Shown here: piece by piece, positions 41,501 through 53,520 of the stretch | How positions within the stretch are numbered: position 1 is the stretch's first letter | Layout: the number at the start of each line of letters is the position of its first letter | Source: Phoronis australis | Lineage: Eukaryota; Animalia; Phoronida | Assembly: GCA_002633005.1 (NCBI GenBank) | Contig: NMRA01000632.1 | Location: 1-64,000 of the forward strand | DNA length: 64,000 nucleotides | Direction of reading: 5' to 3' | The notes under the pieces: model-generated | Databases searched by the model: none | Told to the model about the DNA's origin: nothing | Seen by the model: only the letters and a program-made list of their open reading frames with translations | Made by a program: the position numbers and the translations under genes

Positions 41501-44482
41501 ATGTGCGGAACAAGTTGAGACCCAATTTGATAATGGAAAGTGGTTTAAATCAAAAGTTAAATTCTTGGTCGAGCACGAGTTTGTGTGGCCATTTTGAAAA
41601 ACCCAGTTTCATTACACATTTGATACAGGAACAATGACATCACGTTGTCACATGCCAGCTTGCTAGTTGTTGAACAATTTACATGGGTGATGTCATGCTA
41701 CAATGCTGAATAAGTTTTAAAGTTTTATGGTGATAAATTTGATGTTTATGAATATATCAATCTTAATATGGCATGGAAAACATGTTGCAAGCATTTTGAG
41801 TCTTGTCAGTATGCCATCTGTTAGCCACATCACATAACCTAATGAATATAAGTCTGTAAAGACTTTGATATGGTGTTTTATGATCTTTACTTTAGTGTGA
41901 TTGTTAAATCCCATCCAATGTATTTAGTTGGAGTTTCATTCCACTGCAGTGCCAATAATGTGATGGTCGGTGGCACACACCAGGAAGATGATTGGAGGAC
42001 AGAGCCATGTGACCGGGATGCAGAGTTCATATGGGAAGGTGCTTGCAAACTTGTACCAAGCTTGAAGGTAATTTAAGTAGTAGTTTAATTCGGTACTGAG
42101 TTCATGTACAAGAAGACTATTGTGTTATTCAGTGTTCCTGTGACTAAGCATTGAGTGGCTTTCTCTTCTTTGAAATGACTTGATGTCTTCAGTTTGGAAA
42201 CAGCAAGACAGCAGATCTGGAATTGATACAAATGTGTTTCCATGAAGTCAAAATTGAAGACCCATTTCAATACATACAAATTGCAAGAAGCCACTCACTC
42301 AGATATACTTTCGGACAAAAATAATCATTGTAAAAATTGCCCCTTTTTGATTTTTTCAAGCGCTTATAACATTGTTATGACTACCCACAATTTTTTAAAA
42401 CTTTGTCTGGTGGTACCTGTGGTACAAATCTTGAACATGGAAAACCAATAAATTCAAAAGGGGGCACTTATTCGGGACCATGGTGTTCAATTATCTCCCC
42501 TCTACGTGACAACCTTATCAAGCGTACGGCGGAAAATACTCCAGTTATGCCCGTCATCGACAAAAGTCTGGCAGACCAGGCTGAAACATCTGCTACCATC
42601 TGTCAATTTCAGTCTCTCAGTGATTTCGCTATATTTACCAATAAATGTCATCGAGAGACAATTTGATCAACTGTAGTATTTTCCTGTACATGGCATTAAA
42701 AACACAACTCCTTATACAACACCTTGTGATTTGCCAATATGTAAATGTTGACTGCTTTTGCCAACTCAGTGCCCTCAATATCGGAAACACACATGGAATG
42801 CTGGACAAAAGACTGTTGTGATTGCTTAAAAACTTTCGACTCTTAACCCTATTTTGGTGATTTCAACCAATCCGTGTTCTGTTACCCGCTAACGCATGGA
42901 TCAATGGTATCTCACTTGAGTGATGAAAACAGGATACAAGTGAAACTTGGTAGTCACTGAGTCATAGATAGGATATTATGGTTCTTGGTGGCTGGTCTTT
43001 CCTTACACTTTGTTGTTTAACTCGCCTAAAGTGTTGGTCATGCTTTCCCGTTTGGCAGATTTTGTAACTTTTCAAATTTTGCTCCAAACTTTTGAGGGTT
43101 GTCAAAGGATACAGAACAATAATTTGTTTCTGAGAACTGGATGGGAAAATCATTTTTACTATCTGTTCATATATAATTCCAAAACCTGGTTTGGTATAAT
43201 TTTAACAATAGACCAGATTGATATCTGCATTTTGAAAAACCCTCGTGTTTGTAATACTCAGTAAATGAGGACTGTTGACTTTGTAATGAGCCAGTATGAA
43301 ACATAATTGAAAGAGTCATCGTATGTCTTTAACATGAAACTTGTCGAAAATTAGGAGGGTAATCTGCAGGTCATAAATATTTTGTGGAACGGGTGGCTAG
43401 AAGGCATCGCTCACTGAAGAAGGTCATACACTATATACACCAGCTGTCTAGATGTCGGGGGTCGCACATCCAACGAAATGTTTGTGATGTTTGTCAAAGG
43501 ACTTAGTGAATGTACAATTAATTGCCAGTAGGTTTTAAAAGGTTTTGAGCAATTAAAAATGATGTGTCGTGCCTTACGCAACTTGTCAATTTTTTAATGT
43601 TAACATTGCAACTCACTGCAGAATCAAGAGTGGTGTTGTGCTATTTTGGGATTGTTACCAGAACTGGCATGACATAAGAGTGAATGGTCATGAGTTCATA
43701 TTGACCATATTGCGACTGGTCATGAGTCCATAATAACCATATTGTGATTGACCATGAGTTTGTAATGACGGTATTGTGACTTGTCTTGAGATGAAACTGA
43801 CCATACTGTCACTGGTAATGAGTTTATAATGATCTCACTGTGACTAGTCGTAAGATAATACTGGCTCCACTGTGACTGGTCATGAGATGATAATAATGGC
43901 CACACTGTGACTGGTCATGTTTTAATAGTTGTCCTATTTTGACTTCACACTTCAGCATGGTGTTATTGAACATCAGTGGGCAGGATTGCGACCTTACAGG
44001 CCATTCATTCGAGTTGAAAAAGAACTGATTCAGACTGCACAGAAAAAGTTACCAGTAAGTAATGACATTCATGGATAGTCTACTCATCAGTGCATGCTAC
44101 CTGAGCAGGCAGGAACCAAAAACAACCTTCTCCCCCATTTCCTGTCATCGCCACGGTTTTTAAAGTTTGAAATATAATGTGACTACTTTTCTTAATTTAA
44201 ATTTATTATTTCTAGATAAAATCTTTATCTATCTATCTATGTGAACGCATTAAGGGGTGTTGTGTGCTGCTTTTTTACTTTCTCTGCGGCAACTTCTTCA
44301 GTACAATGACTTAGAGTGAACACAGTCAGTAGTAAAAATACTTTTTATGCTATATGTATTTGTTGCAGGTGATTCACAATTATGGACATGGGGGCGCTGG
44401 AATCAGTCTTCACTGGGGGTGTGCAAATGATGCGTCAGATCTCGTTGCTGAGACTGTCAACAAGCTGTATGCGAAACTATAA
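35550..44482 (+). CDS. DDO: D-aspartate oxidase / D-amino-acid oxidase family FAD oxidoreductase, 334 aa, 9 coding exons, C-terminal PTS1 (AKL)
   Basis: Exons: 35550-35740 ([17 protein letters not shown] Rossmann motif; [11 protein letters not shown]), 36719-36830, 37948-38039, 39204-39324 (YLPYLMKLF), 39665-39763 ([12 protein letters not shown]...PMRGQ), 40468-40526 (VKAPWI), 41950-42067 ([10 protein letters not shown]), 43956-44054 (WAGLRPYRP), 44369-44482 ([19 protein letters not shown]...AKL*). They total 1005 nt with consistent phases. The DDO versus DAO call is less certain than the family call. Confidence 0.92.
42975..43205. repeat. Interspersed repeat, second copy at about 47778-47980
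   Basis: Shared attatggt.cttggtgg.tggtcttt ... tttggcaga ... aacttttgagggtt ... ggtttggtat...tttaa. Confidence 0.75.
43680..43920. repeat. Degenerate ~32-bp tandem repeat, about 7 copies
   Basis: Recurrent tgtgactggtcatgag...ataat.accata motif just upstream of oxidase exon 8. Confidence 0.8.
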
Positions 44483-44831
44483 ATTGGGCATTCTAGCTAG
44501 TTGTTAGAGCTTTCATCGTCAAAATGATTTTGAGCTTAATTCAGAGGATTTTGATTGCAATAACTATTCCTTCCCGGTGCATTAATCTACCTCAATTATA
44601 AAACACAGTAAGTTGCAGTTGTGTGAACAGGCTATTTGGAAGTGCTCCTGCCTGAATAGTGCAGAGCAATTGTAGCCAAAGATTGTGCCTTTTGCCAAAA
44701 GTTGTCATCCATTATCTCCCACAAAAATTGTGTCAGGTTTAGCAGATGTTTTACAGCGAAACCTTAACTTTCCTTAGTTAGGTCATCTCCGACCCTGCGT
44801 GTTTCCGTTTTTTTCTGCAGAAAGGAATATT

Positions 44832-44936
44832 TCTTTTTGTGGTTGTACTGAATGGACTTTTTATTGGTGGTTGGGCCGAATGGACTCTTTTTATTGGAGG
44901 TTGTACAAAATGGACTCTTTTTATTGGTGGTTGTGT
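44832..44936. repeat. ~30-bp tandem repeat, 3-4 copies, downstream of the oxidase stop
   Basis: aatggactcttttattggtggttg repeated. Confidence 0.85.
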
Positions 44937-47900
44937 TCAAACCAATTTATACGAGCTGAATTTTGTGATACAGATGTTCTGTTACTAGGTGACATGGTGC
45001 AACATTGCACATCAAAGAAAATTAATGTAACATTACACCCAGTCCAATCTATTTCTCACAGCTGAGTGAATTAGAATGAAATTTACATTAAAATTATAAT
45101 CAACGCTCATGGAGTGTAATAATGCATGTTGCTGCTGTGCCTGAGGTGTTGGTGTTTATGATTGCATGATATGAAGTAATGCATATTTTTATATCATATT
45201 TTATTCTTTCATGGTGAGTGGAAACAGTATATAAAATAATTATTTTTCAGACATGTAGACTTTCATTTTTTGTATTAAGGAACACATTCCATATTTTTAT
45301 ACAATCTACAGTCCCACTGAAGTCTTTCTTAAAGGATTGTTCCTTTGGATGCTTGTAGCCATATTTAGGTTACCTAGCAACAAATAACAGTACTAATTCT
45401 CCAGTTTGGGACACTGAAAAATTAAATCATTTCACTTGAATCAAATTTTAGAAATAGGCAATATTGGCCACCCCAAATTCAAAAATTACGATCAACAGCA
45501 GTTATTCAGCTCAACGTTCCACACTAGGGAGGCCTGAAAACATTGCATCATCGACTATTTTCAATGATTTTATGAACCGTCTTCTAGTGTATTTTCAGAC
45601 TTGGTTTCCAATTTTTAAGAAATATGATTAATGTCACAATGGCCCATGCCCAAATCTTCAAAGTCAAGAAAATTCAATTTTGGTTTAGTTTTTTTTCGAA
45701 ATTTTAGAAACTGTGTCTCAAACTTGAGACTTTTAACCATAAGTTTCTCAAGAAAACATGATTAAGTCGGTCAAATGTCCATCAGTCAAGTGATTCTTGA
45801 ACTTGACTTTCCGCCCGTCTGCGGAAGTTCATGATGACGTCTGCTTATTGTGTTACTGAAAATGATTTATATGTTGAGAGCTGAATGTTTGTTAGATACA
45901 GCAACAACTACATTTGGGAACATCAGAATGTTCTTGATGTAAAAATACGCTTGCTTTGTAGCTGCTCAGTTTAACCTGATCAGCCCAGTCTAGTCATATG
46001 CTGGGTGACAGTGGTGAAGCTGGCTAACAAGGTGACCGGAATCTTTAACCAACACCACTTGAAAGGTGTTGGTTTAGCTAGTAATTTTAACAGATCGACT
46101 TTTTATCACTTCTGCCTATGGCCTTGACTATGCTCTCGGTCCTGCACTAGAAGTCTTCAGTAGGCATGCAGTTGGGTTTTCTTGCAACAAAATGTGTAAA
46201 TTGGAGGTTTAACGAAATTCAATATTATAATATTCCATTTGTTAGTCATTGATATAAATGTGGCTTCAGCTTGACAAACAACTTTTAAATTAAATATTGT
46301 CTCTTTATCAGAACAAGTCTTCAATGTATGAACAAACTCTGAACAGCTTCCCAATCAACACAGTCCTCTTGTGAATAAACGTGTCCCATTGTTGGCAATT
46401 TTCCTGTATTTGGAAAACTGGATTGAACCCCATTGAGTGATGGATTCTAAATTTGGGTGTCGACACAGTAACAATTGCCACATGCAATTTATTGTATGCG
46501 TTAGTTTTGTCCCTAGCTGTTTGACTGTTGAAGCCACCGAAGCATGTGCTTTGAACATGGGACAATAAAACCCATTGTTTATTGTCAGATCTTAGTCTGG
46601 TTTGTTACGCTGCTGCCAACACATCTTAGTAGCCAAATTTGCATTGTGTTATTGCTCAAGGTAGGCTTCAGATTTTTTGTAATGTGTATAGTTTTTGATT
46701 TTTTTGTTAGAAAAATGGCAAAAATGATCCTCTGGGATATCGTTCAGAAGAGTAATCTTTGATGACTATGTCATCTGGTCTTCAGGGCACTTGGCGGAAT
46801 ATCAGAATGGTGAGTCTAGTGCAAGTGTGTAAAATTACGAGCTTACACAAAACAAATGTGAACAAGTTTTGGTGCTAGGATGATACAAAATGAACTTAGG
46901 TTAGAAAAAATATTGTAGTTCACCACTTTGGTGTTTATTTCTAATAGGTTATTCGTGAATGAAATGGCGCATTATCCATGTGCACTCTGTAATATGTAAT
47001 TCTTATAAAGTTGCCCTTTGTGGCATGTGTTGTTCTTTATTTTCAGACCAATGAATATTTTGTTTTATTGAATGAAATGTCTAAATCACGAGCTTTCATA
47101 GTCTACAGTGTAGTGTATCAATCCAGTTTTGTGCCATCCAACATGTAGCTGCAATTAAGGTATTATTACAATTCTAATATAAATCACAAATCGTTATTTT
47201 AGTAGTGATCTCTGGCAAATACAGTTGTGAATAAAATGAAAACACCCATTAGTTGTTATTTAGTGATCAATAGTCAAGTTCAGTGTTGCCAATAGACCAT
47301 TTTCATCAGGGCTTGGAATGACCAATGGCAAAAAAGGGAAGATTTTCCAGATGATGTATCGCTCCTCAAATAAATAGGCTTGTGTGACGGAAATATTTTT
47401 GGTGCAATATCTAAGTGAATAAAACATTTTGCACGAATGAAGTCAAAATAATGATAAAAAAGACATAAAGAGAGGAAATTGGAAATCAAATGAGAGGAAA
47501 CCAAAACCAAATAAGAGGAAAATTCTAAGCCCTGTTTCACATGCAGCACCCCCTTTGTTCCTGGATGTAGTTTGCCTTCGCTCTCCATAACAAACCTATT
47601 TGCCATCGCCAGCAACCATCTGTGTTCCCAGCCGGCCCCAAATACAAGAAGTCTTACATAAAAGTAAACATGCGAGTCCTTGTTCTGTCAACTGCCAATG
47701 CTTTTTCATTGACGTCAATCTTGAAAGATAAAAGAAGGAATCAACTAAAAACTGGTACCCCGCCTCACAAATTGGACATTATGGTCCTTGGTGGGTGGTC
47801 TTTCCCACAGCTAAAGGCGTAGGTCACGCTTGCCTGTTTGGCAGACTCTGAACGCATTTTCAAATTTTCCTCAACTTTTGAGGGTTCTCGAGGGTTACAG

Positions 47901-48412
47901 AGCATTACTTTGTGTCAGAGACCTGGATAGGAAAGTCGTTTTGTTAATAGGCTCAAACCAGGTTTGGTATCCTTTTAAAATGCAGTCGTGTAAAATGAGC
48001 TGTTAAACCAATGTTGCAACACGGGATGCATGTATTGTAGAGAATGTGTGAAAATTTAGTTTATAGTACAGTGTATATTGTTAAATGGATCAGGAGGCAA
48101 TACCCATCCAGACAAACTTGCGGATCAAAAACACCCAACTGCAGGTTATATTCCATTTTGTAAACACAGATATTTATTTTATTTTTTTTTATAAATACAA
48201 CCACTCCTGAAATATTCATAATAATCCAGTAACAGAGGATTAATTGGTTTTGAAAGTTGGATGGAAGTCATTGTCAATATCAGTATTCTGTTTATAGTTT
48301 TTGAAGTTGTTACAGACTGAAATAAAACTAGGCAAATGTAATATGGAAAAACTTTAATATTCATTGAATAGTATTCCGGAAGAAATTTGTTTCTTTTTAA
48401 TAGACTTCTGAA

Positions 48413-50135
48413 TCACTTTTCCCATGGTTTCTTTGGTCTCTTCATCTCAGACTCAGACACAGACAAATTTGTTGCCTGCACGTTCAGTTTGAGTAAACCA
48501 GGAATTTCTGCTCCCTCTTGCACTAGTCTCATTACGTCTACAAACGATGTTGGATACTGTGGTTGAGTCTCGTCAACATCAACACAGTCGTTTGCTGAGG
48601 TAGGGATCTGCGAAGCAGACGGTTCTATACTAGTGCACATGTCCTGTGACAGACAAGCCGTTGCGGCCTGTCCTGGATCCACGACAGAAGAGTCTGTGTT
48701 GGAGCCTTCGGGCTCGCCTGTAGATGGATTTTGAGAGCGCTTCCATGAGATGTACGTTTCTAAAGTGAGAGGTTGAAAATGCCTACAAACAAAAAACGAA
48801 TTCCAGTTAATTTTTTAAACTCACTGGTAAACGTCTAAAATTGTCTTCCACACTCAACACGACATTGAAAAGATCAACTTAGAAAATGGCACTAATGTGA
48901 TGTTGAGATAAATTTTCACTATGAGCAAGAAATTAAACAGTTGAGTGATATAAAATTTGAACTTTTGAGAAACAAAATACATTTTAGTGTACTGTACACA
49001 ATTCAGTAAATTGAATAATGAACCATAAAATCACCTGAAATAAGGTACTTAAAAATAATATTGCTGGCGATTTCAGAATTTCAGACACAAAAAATCCTTT
49101 TCCATTCCAACTGCCCATAGAAGATCTATCTAATGTACAGTCATGCATGTATCGATGCTTTGTTCAAAGTTTCAATAAACAATCTAGTTTCAAAGAAATA
49201 ACCGAAAAATTAGTCATGGATCTCCAACAAATATAAAAATATGAAGGCAACAAACTGTTGCAGAACCTTTTTGATTTAAGATGAAACCACCAAGCGACAT
49301 TGTTGAGAATTCGTCTTGTTGACCTCATTTTCAGCCTCTTGACCTTTGCTCAATGAGTAAACACTGAACTAATTGCCATATTCTAAATAAGAGTATTTCA
49401 CTCAGGTTTTGAGTGACATCACGAATAATTAAAACTGAAGTTATGATTAGCCAGTAATAATAAATGAGATTTTCCCTGTTCACATAATACCTAGTTATTG
49501 CACTTACTCTTCTCACATCGTTTTAGTCAACAAAGTGCCAAACAGTAATTTTGTTGCCCAACTGTGCCGGCAAAGTTCAAAATTATCAATAACTTTATTG
49601 TAAGACATAAAGATAGTGGACAACCTTCAGTAGGCACTTGAGATCCCATTTGGTGTGTTGAGCAACTAAAAGTTGAAGTCGCTTTCACTGACTGAAGGTC
49701 GGGCAGAAGTCACCACAGGTAATTTAAGGTCATAGTTGGCAAGCTAGTATTCACCAAATCAATAACAGCATTCAAGTCGGCAGGCAACAAATGGGAATTT
49801 CAAAATGACTAACACATTAATTCTAATATCAAGCAATTTTTATAAAAATTGGCATTTCCAGTCAATTGCCATTCAATAATTCTATTTTTGCAATTTTTAA
49901 GTATCTGTTAACTATTTTTGAAACCAACATTTTCTCCTGTGAGAACTTTCCCCTTATCAACTTACTTCGAGTAATAAAACAGCTTAGCACTAAATAACTG
50001 TTTCTCCACTTCAGTACAATCACTAAGCCTCTCTTTGATTTTATTCCAGCCATGTTGAAACACAGTGTCCTTATCGAAGTCGTAGTTATCAAAGTGGACA
50101 CAGATGTCTTTGAACGCATTATTATCCTCCTCCAT
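48413..50135 (-). CDS. PEX39: PEX39 / C6orf226 homolog (PTS2 peroxisomal import factor), 179 aa, 2 exons
   Basis: Exon 49966-50135 reads MEEDNNAFKDICVHFDNYDFDKDTVFQHGWNKIKERLSDCTEVEKQLFSAKLFYYS, with a gtaagt donor. Exon 48413-48782 reads HFQPLTLETYISWK...YPTSFVDVMRLVQEGAEIPGLLKLNVQATNLSVSESEMKRPKKPWEK*. The N-terminal FDxYDF...AKLFYY block and the C-terminal SF..VM.LVQ.G..IPG...KPWE block are the hallmarks I recall for the C6orf226/YJR012C family. AATAAA on the minus strand at about 48172-48185. Confidence 0.88.
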
Positions 50136-50226
50136 GATTTCAAACTTTTAAAAATGTCTCTATCTTCAATTCAAATCCTTCTAAAACTGTTGTAAATGTT
50201 CGTGAGTCACTGCTTATTAAGTCAGT

Positions 50227-52689
50227 CTACTCTTTCTGCAGTGCCTCTTTATAACGCTTGATGTAGATTTCTCGTTCACTTTCTGGAGGCATGTATGGCT
50301 TCAATCTCTGGCGACGCCTTTCTCTGGTCACACTAGCCTGCAAAAGAGCTTTTACCATGAGAGAGGGAGTTACTTCTAAATACTGTGAATGACAGCATTC
50401 CATGATTACCACTGTACTCAACATTAATTTCAGAGAGAACACTGCACAATCATGAGTTTAACACTGAACTGGAGTGGTACACTCTTTCAAGGAAACTGTA
50501 GGCATCAGTCCCAGTTGTCAATCGCTTTAAAGCAGTGAAAGTGAATTATACAAGCTTTGGACTACAGATACAAAAATGATGCACTGTACTGGTTTCAGAA
50601 AATCTTTTCTCTGTACAATCTTCAGACTATGATTAAAAGTGCCTCACCCCAGTTGTGAAATACATTACCCAAAAGTCTTTGCAGTTACGATAGTTTTGGA
50701 AATACTTTGAACACTTGTCACGGTCGTAGTCATGATCACCTAGACATTTATATGCCATTTCCTGCTCCTGCAAAAAAGTAGAAATACATAATCACCCGTC
50801 TACTTCAAACCCACTGAGAAAGCCATATTAAAACAAAGCCAACACTTAAAAGATTTGTTCAAGAGCACACAAACAACACACACATGATGTCACAAACAAC
50901 ACACATGATTTCACAAACAACACACACATGATTTCACAAACAACACACATGATTTCACAAACAACACACACATGATTTCACATCCACAGGCGAAAACAAC
51001 GTAATAATGGCCAGCTGCCAATTTGGGCAACTGAACAAACGAGTATTCGAAAAAAATAAAGTTTGACTGAGGAAGTACTGAGTATTAGTTCAAACTGGGA
51101 ACAGTTCATGATATCAACTGCCTCCTAAAGTCCAACTTTTGACCCAGGGCAACTGACACGGAGCAGCTTGATCGGTGTCACTAGCAATTTCATTAACTGT
51201 GACAAGATGGAAGTTGTACGCTGGAGAGTGGAATGCACATGCGCAGGTTTTCAAGTAGCGGGAGCTGCAGACAGAGAGGCCGTATGTAGGACATTGCACA
51301 AGCACAGTAGAGATGATCCTTTCCGCCTTGCCCCAGTTTCACGTTTAGACAATAATTGACACGGAGCAAGATGTTCAAGCGCAATTTGCCCCACCTCACA
51401 AACAGGTTGCAAAAGTTGTCACCGCGGTGTCAGTTTACTCCGTGTCAGTCCCGTTTACACACTGGAACATCCCGTTCTGAGTCAGCTGAACCGTGTCAAC
51501 TTTTGTAGTGTAAACGGCACTTAAGATGTCCCTCTACACACAAAATGACAAAACGTATTTATAGCAACATGATTTAATCAGTGTTTGGCATAATTCACGA
51601 AAAAGCTTCCAGCGTATGGAAGGACTGTGGGATGTTCACTGTCTCTACTGGGACCAGCTTAGACAGTGGTACTGTCTAGCTGTACCAAACTCACACTGCG
51701 AGTCAGTTTGAGGCCCTGGTTAAACAAGCCTAACTGATCCATAAGTAAGGCAAATTTGGAGTGAACATGTTCTGTTTCCTCGAGCATATAATGACCCGTC
51801 TGTCAGAGCACTCACGTTTCAAAGAACTCATGGCATACCTCCAGGAGCAGCTCACTAGTCCCAAAGTGCACACGTCCAAAGGACTACTAATAAAGTCGAG
51901 TCGTACAACATTAAAATGCATTTTTGTCGGCATTCTATGGAACTCAGTGAAACTATCGTGTGCATCAAGTCAATGGCCAGATACCTCAATTTGAGGATTT
52001 TGACAAATGGCAAAATTCACTCAAGTGACTCAAGTTTGTGCAAGTTTAACGAGCCCTCCCTAATTCGCAAACAACAACGATACTATTCACTTTATTTTCC
52101 CTCATGGCGAAAGCTTCTGGCAGTGCACTTTCAGACTACAGCCATGTAACCCCAGTAAATACTTATTTACAGAGGGTTGACGTGTCTATGAAACCTAGAC
52201 ATAACACGTCTGTACATAAGTTATTGATGCAACTAGAGAGTGACCGCCGTCTCGACTGGCCTTTGAGATATGACGTCATACCAGATGCCTCGTAGTGTTA
52301 AAAAAGATCAGTCGCCAATTTGGACAATTGAGCGAAATATTCCTGGAAACAAAGTTTGAGTACAGGAGCATTCCTTCGAGTTGGAAGGATTCAAGACATC
52401 GACGACCTCCGGCGTAAGGTGTCCCTCTATGCGCAATGATACAACAGGTATATTTTTCGCTTAGTGACTGAGGTTCTAATTAGTGTGAGGCATTCGCCCA
52501 AAAGCTTCCGGCGTATGAAGCGCCTATAAAAGCTTCACCGTCACAAAGGCCGGTCGAGACGGTGGTCACTGTCGGCTGTACCTTCACACAAGGATTCTTA
52601 TCGGGATGTAGGACGACATTGGATCGTGTAATTCTCGTTTGCTCCTTCTCCGTCTCAGTCTCGGGGCTTTTCTTAAAACCTCCGAACAT
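50227..52689 (-). CDS. CHCHD7: Twin CX9C mitochondrial intermembrane-space protein CHCHD7 / COX23, 105 aa, 3 exons
   Basis: Exons: 52582-52689 (MFGGFKK...HPDKNPCVK), 50669-50767 (EQEMAYKCLGDHDYDRDKCSKYFQNYRNCKDFW), 50227-50337 (ASVTRERRRQRLKPYMPPESERE...KE*). There are two exact CX9C motifs and the NPC...YDR.C..YF..Y.NC..FW...RR...KP.MP...ER pattern of CHCHD7. All splice phases are 0. Confidence 0.93.
50868..50982. repeat. 21-23-bp minisatellite, 5 copies, in CHCHD7 intron
   Basis: acaaacaacacacacatgatttc. Confidence 0.9.
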
Positions 52690-52949
52690 TACGCAGCTCC
52701 TGAAAATCAAATCTATCCCGAAACCTTTGCATGGGTACCGAAAAAGCACTTTCAGTAAGCTAGAACGGACCGCTTCTTCCCCTCATTTCTGAACCTTCTC
52801 TTCTTTTCAAAACGAGGCTGCACGGAAGGGGTTTCCCAGCATCTGGTGGAGCTGTGTCAGCGAAGGCAGAGATGTCTGGCAGAGACCATGGCTCATTGGC
52901 AAAGACCGTAGAAACGTCTTAGGTGAAAGATTGCAATAATTACCAATAG

Positions 52950-53520
52950 GTTTGGCAAAAGAGCCTCACATCAAATAAACGTTCTAAGAAGAATTGGACA
53001 CCACCTAACGACTTTATCATAAACGGTATCCTAATTGCCATTTTTCATCATGATTCTTCATCCTTTCAAATTTCAACTATTGTCCCCTCTCATGGCATTT
53101 TTGCTCGAAAGAAAATACACTCAAACTAAAAATACTTCTACTCAGAGCCCTACGTTTTGTTAACAACGACGACGACGACGTACGAACAACTAAGCCTACA
53201 AACCACCCCTTCATCTATACTACGCAGACTTGTCGACTTATTGCAATAGAAGTATTTAAAATCCTTTATGGCGAATCACCCAAGACACTTCTTTCACTTT
53301 TAAAGAAGCACGAAAACAATTACTCCTTTCGCTACAGCAATATTCTACATATTCCTCAAGTTGATCTGTCAAATATCAGTGGTAAAAAATCTTTTTCCTG
53401 CTCAGCTCGGGTCTGGAACAGTCTAAAGAATACTGGCCGGTATATTGCGCACAACAGAGTCTTTCTGATTCGGACCTGGACTGGCCCCGAATGCAGCGGT
53501 TCTCTTTGTAAACACTCCAG
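52950..53520 (+). mobile_element. CR1/L2-group LINE ORF2 3' fragment (decayed)
   Basis: Fragmented translation gives KRASHQINVLRRIG, FILSNFNYCPLSWHFC, RALRFV, RLIAIEVFKILYGESP, GKKSFSCSARVWNSL and TWTGPECSGSLC, which are typical post-RT motifs. Frameshifts are present. Confidence 0.8.

Noticed and set aside
38649-42485. One large Tc1/mariner-type element bounded by TACCGTATTCGCCGTAATAACCGCCC and GGGGCACTTATTCGGGACCATGGTG
   Set aside because: The ends match poorly and enclose four ordinary oxidase exons; more likely separate terminal fragments.
49862-50143. 93-aa ORF MKSWRRIIMRSK... in the ORF track
   Set aside because: Wrong frame; the overlapping frame starting at 50135 carries the PEX39 motifs and splices in phase.
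50136-50229. Stop-codon readthrough fusion of CHCHD7 and PEX39
   Set aside because: The 91-nt spacer puts the ORFs out of frame, and the readthrough frame ends in TGA before the PEX39 ATG.
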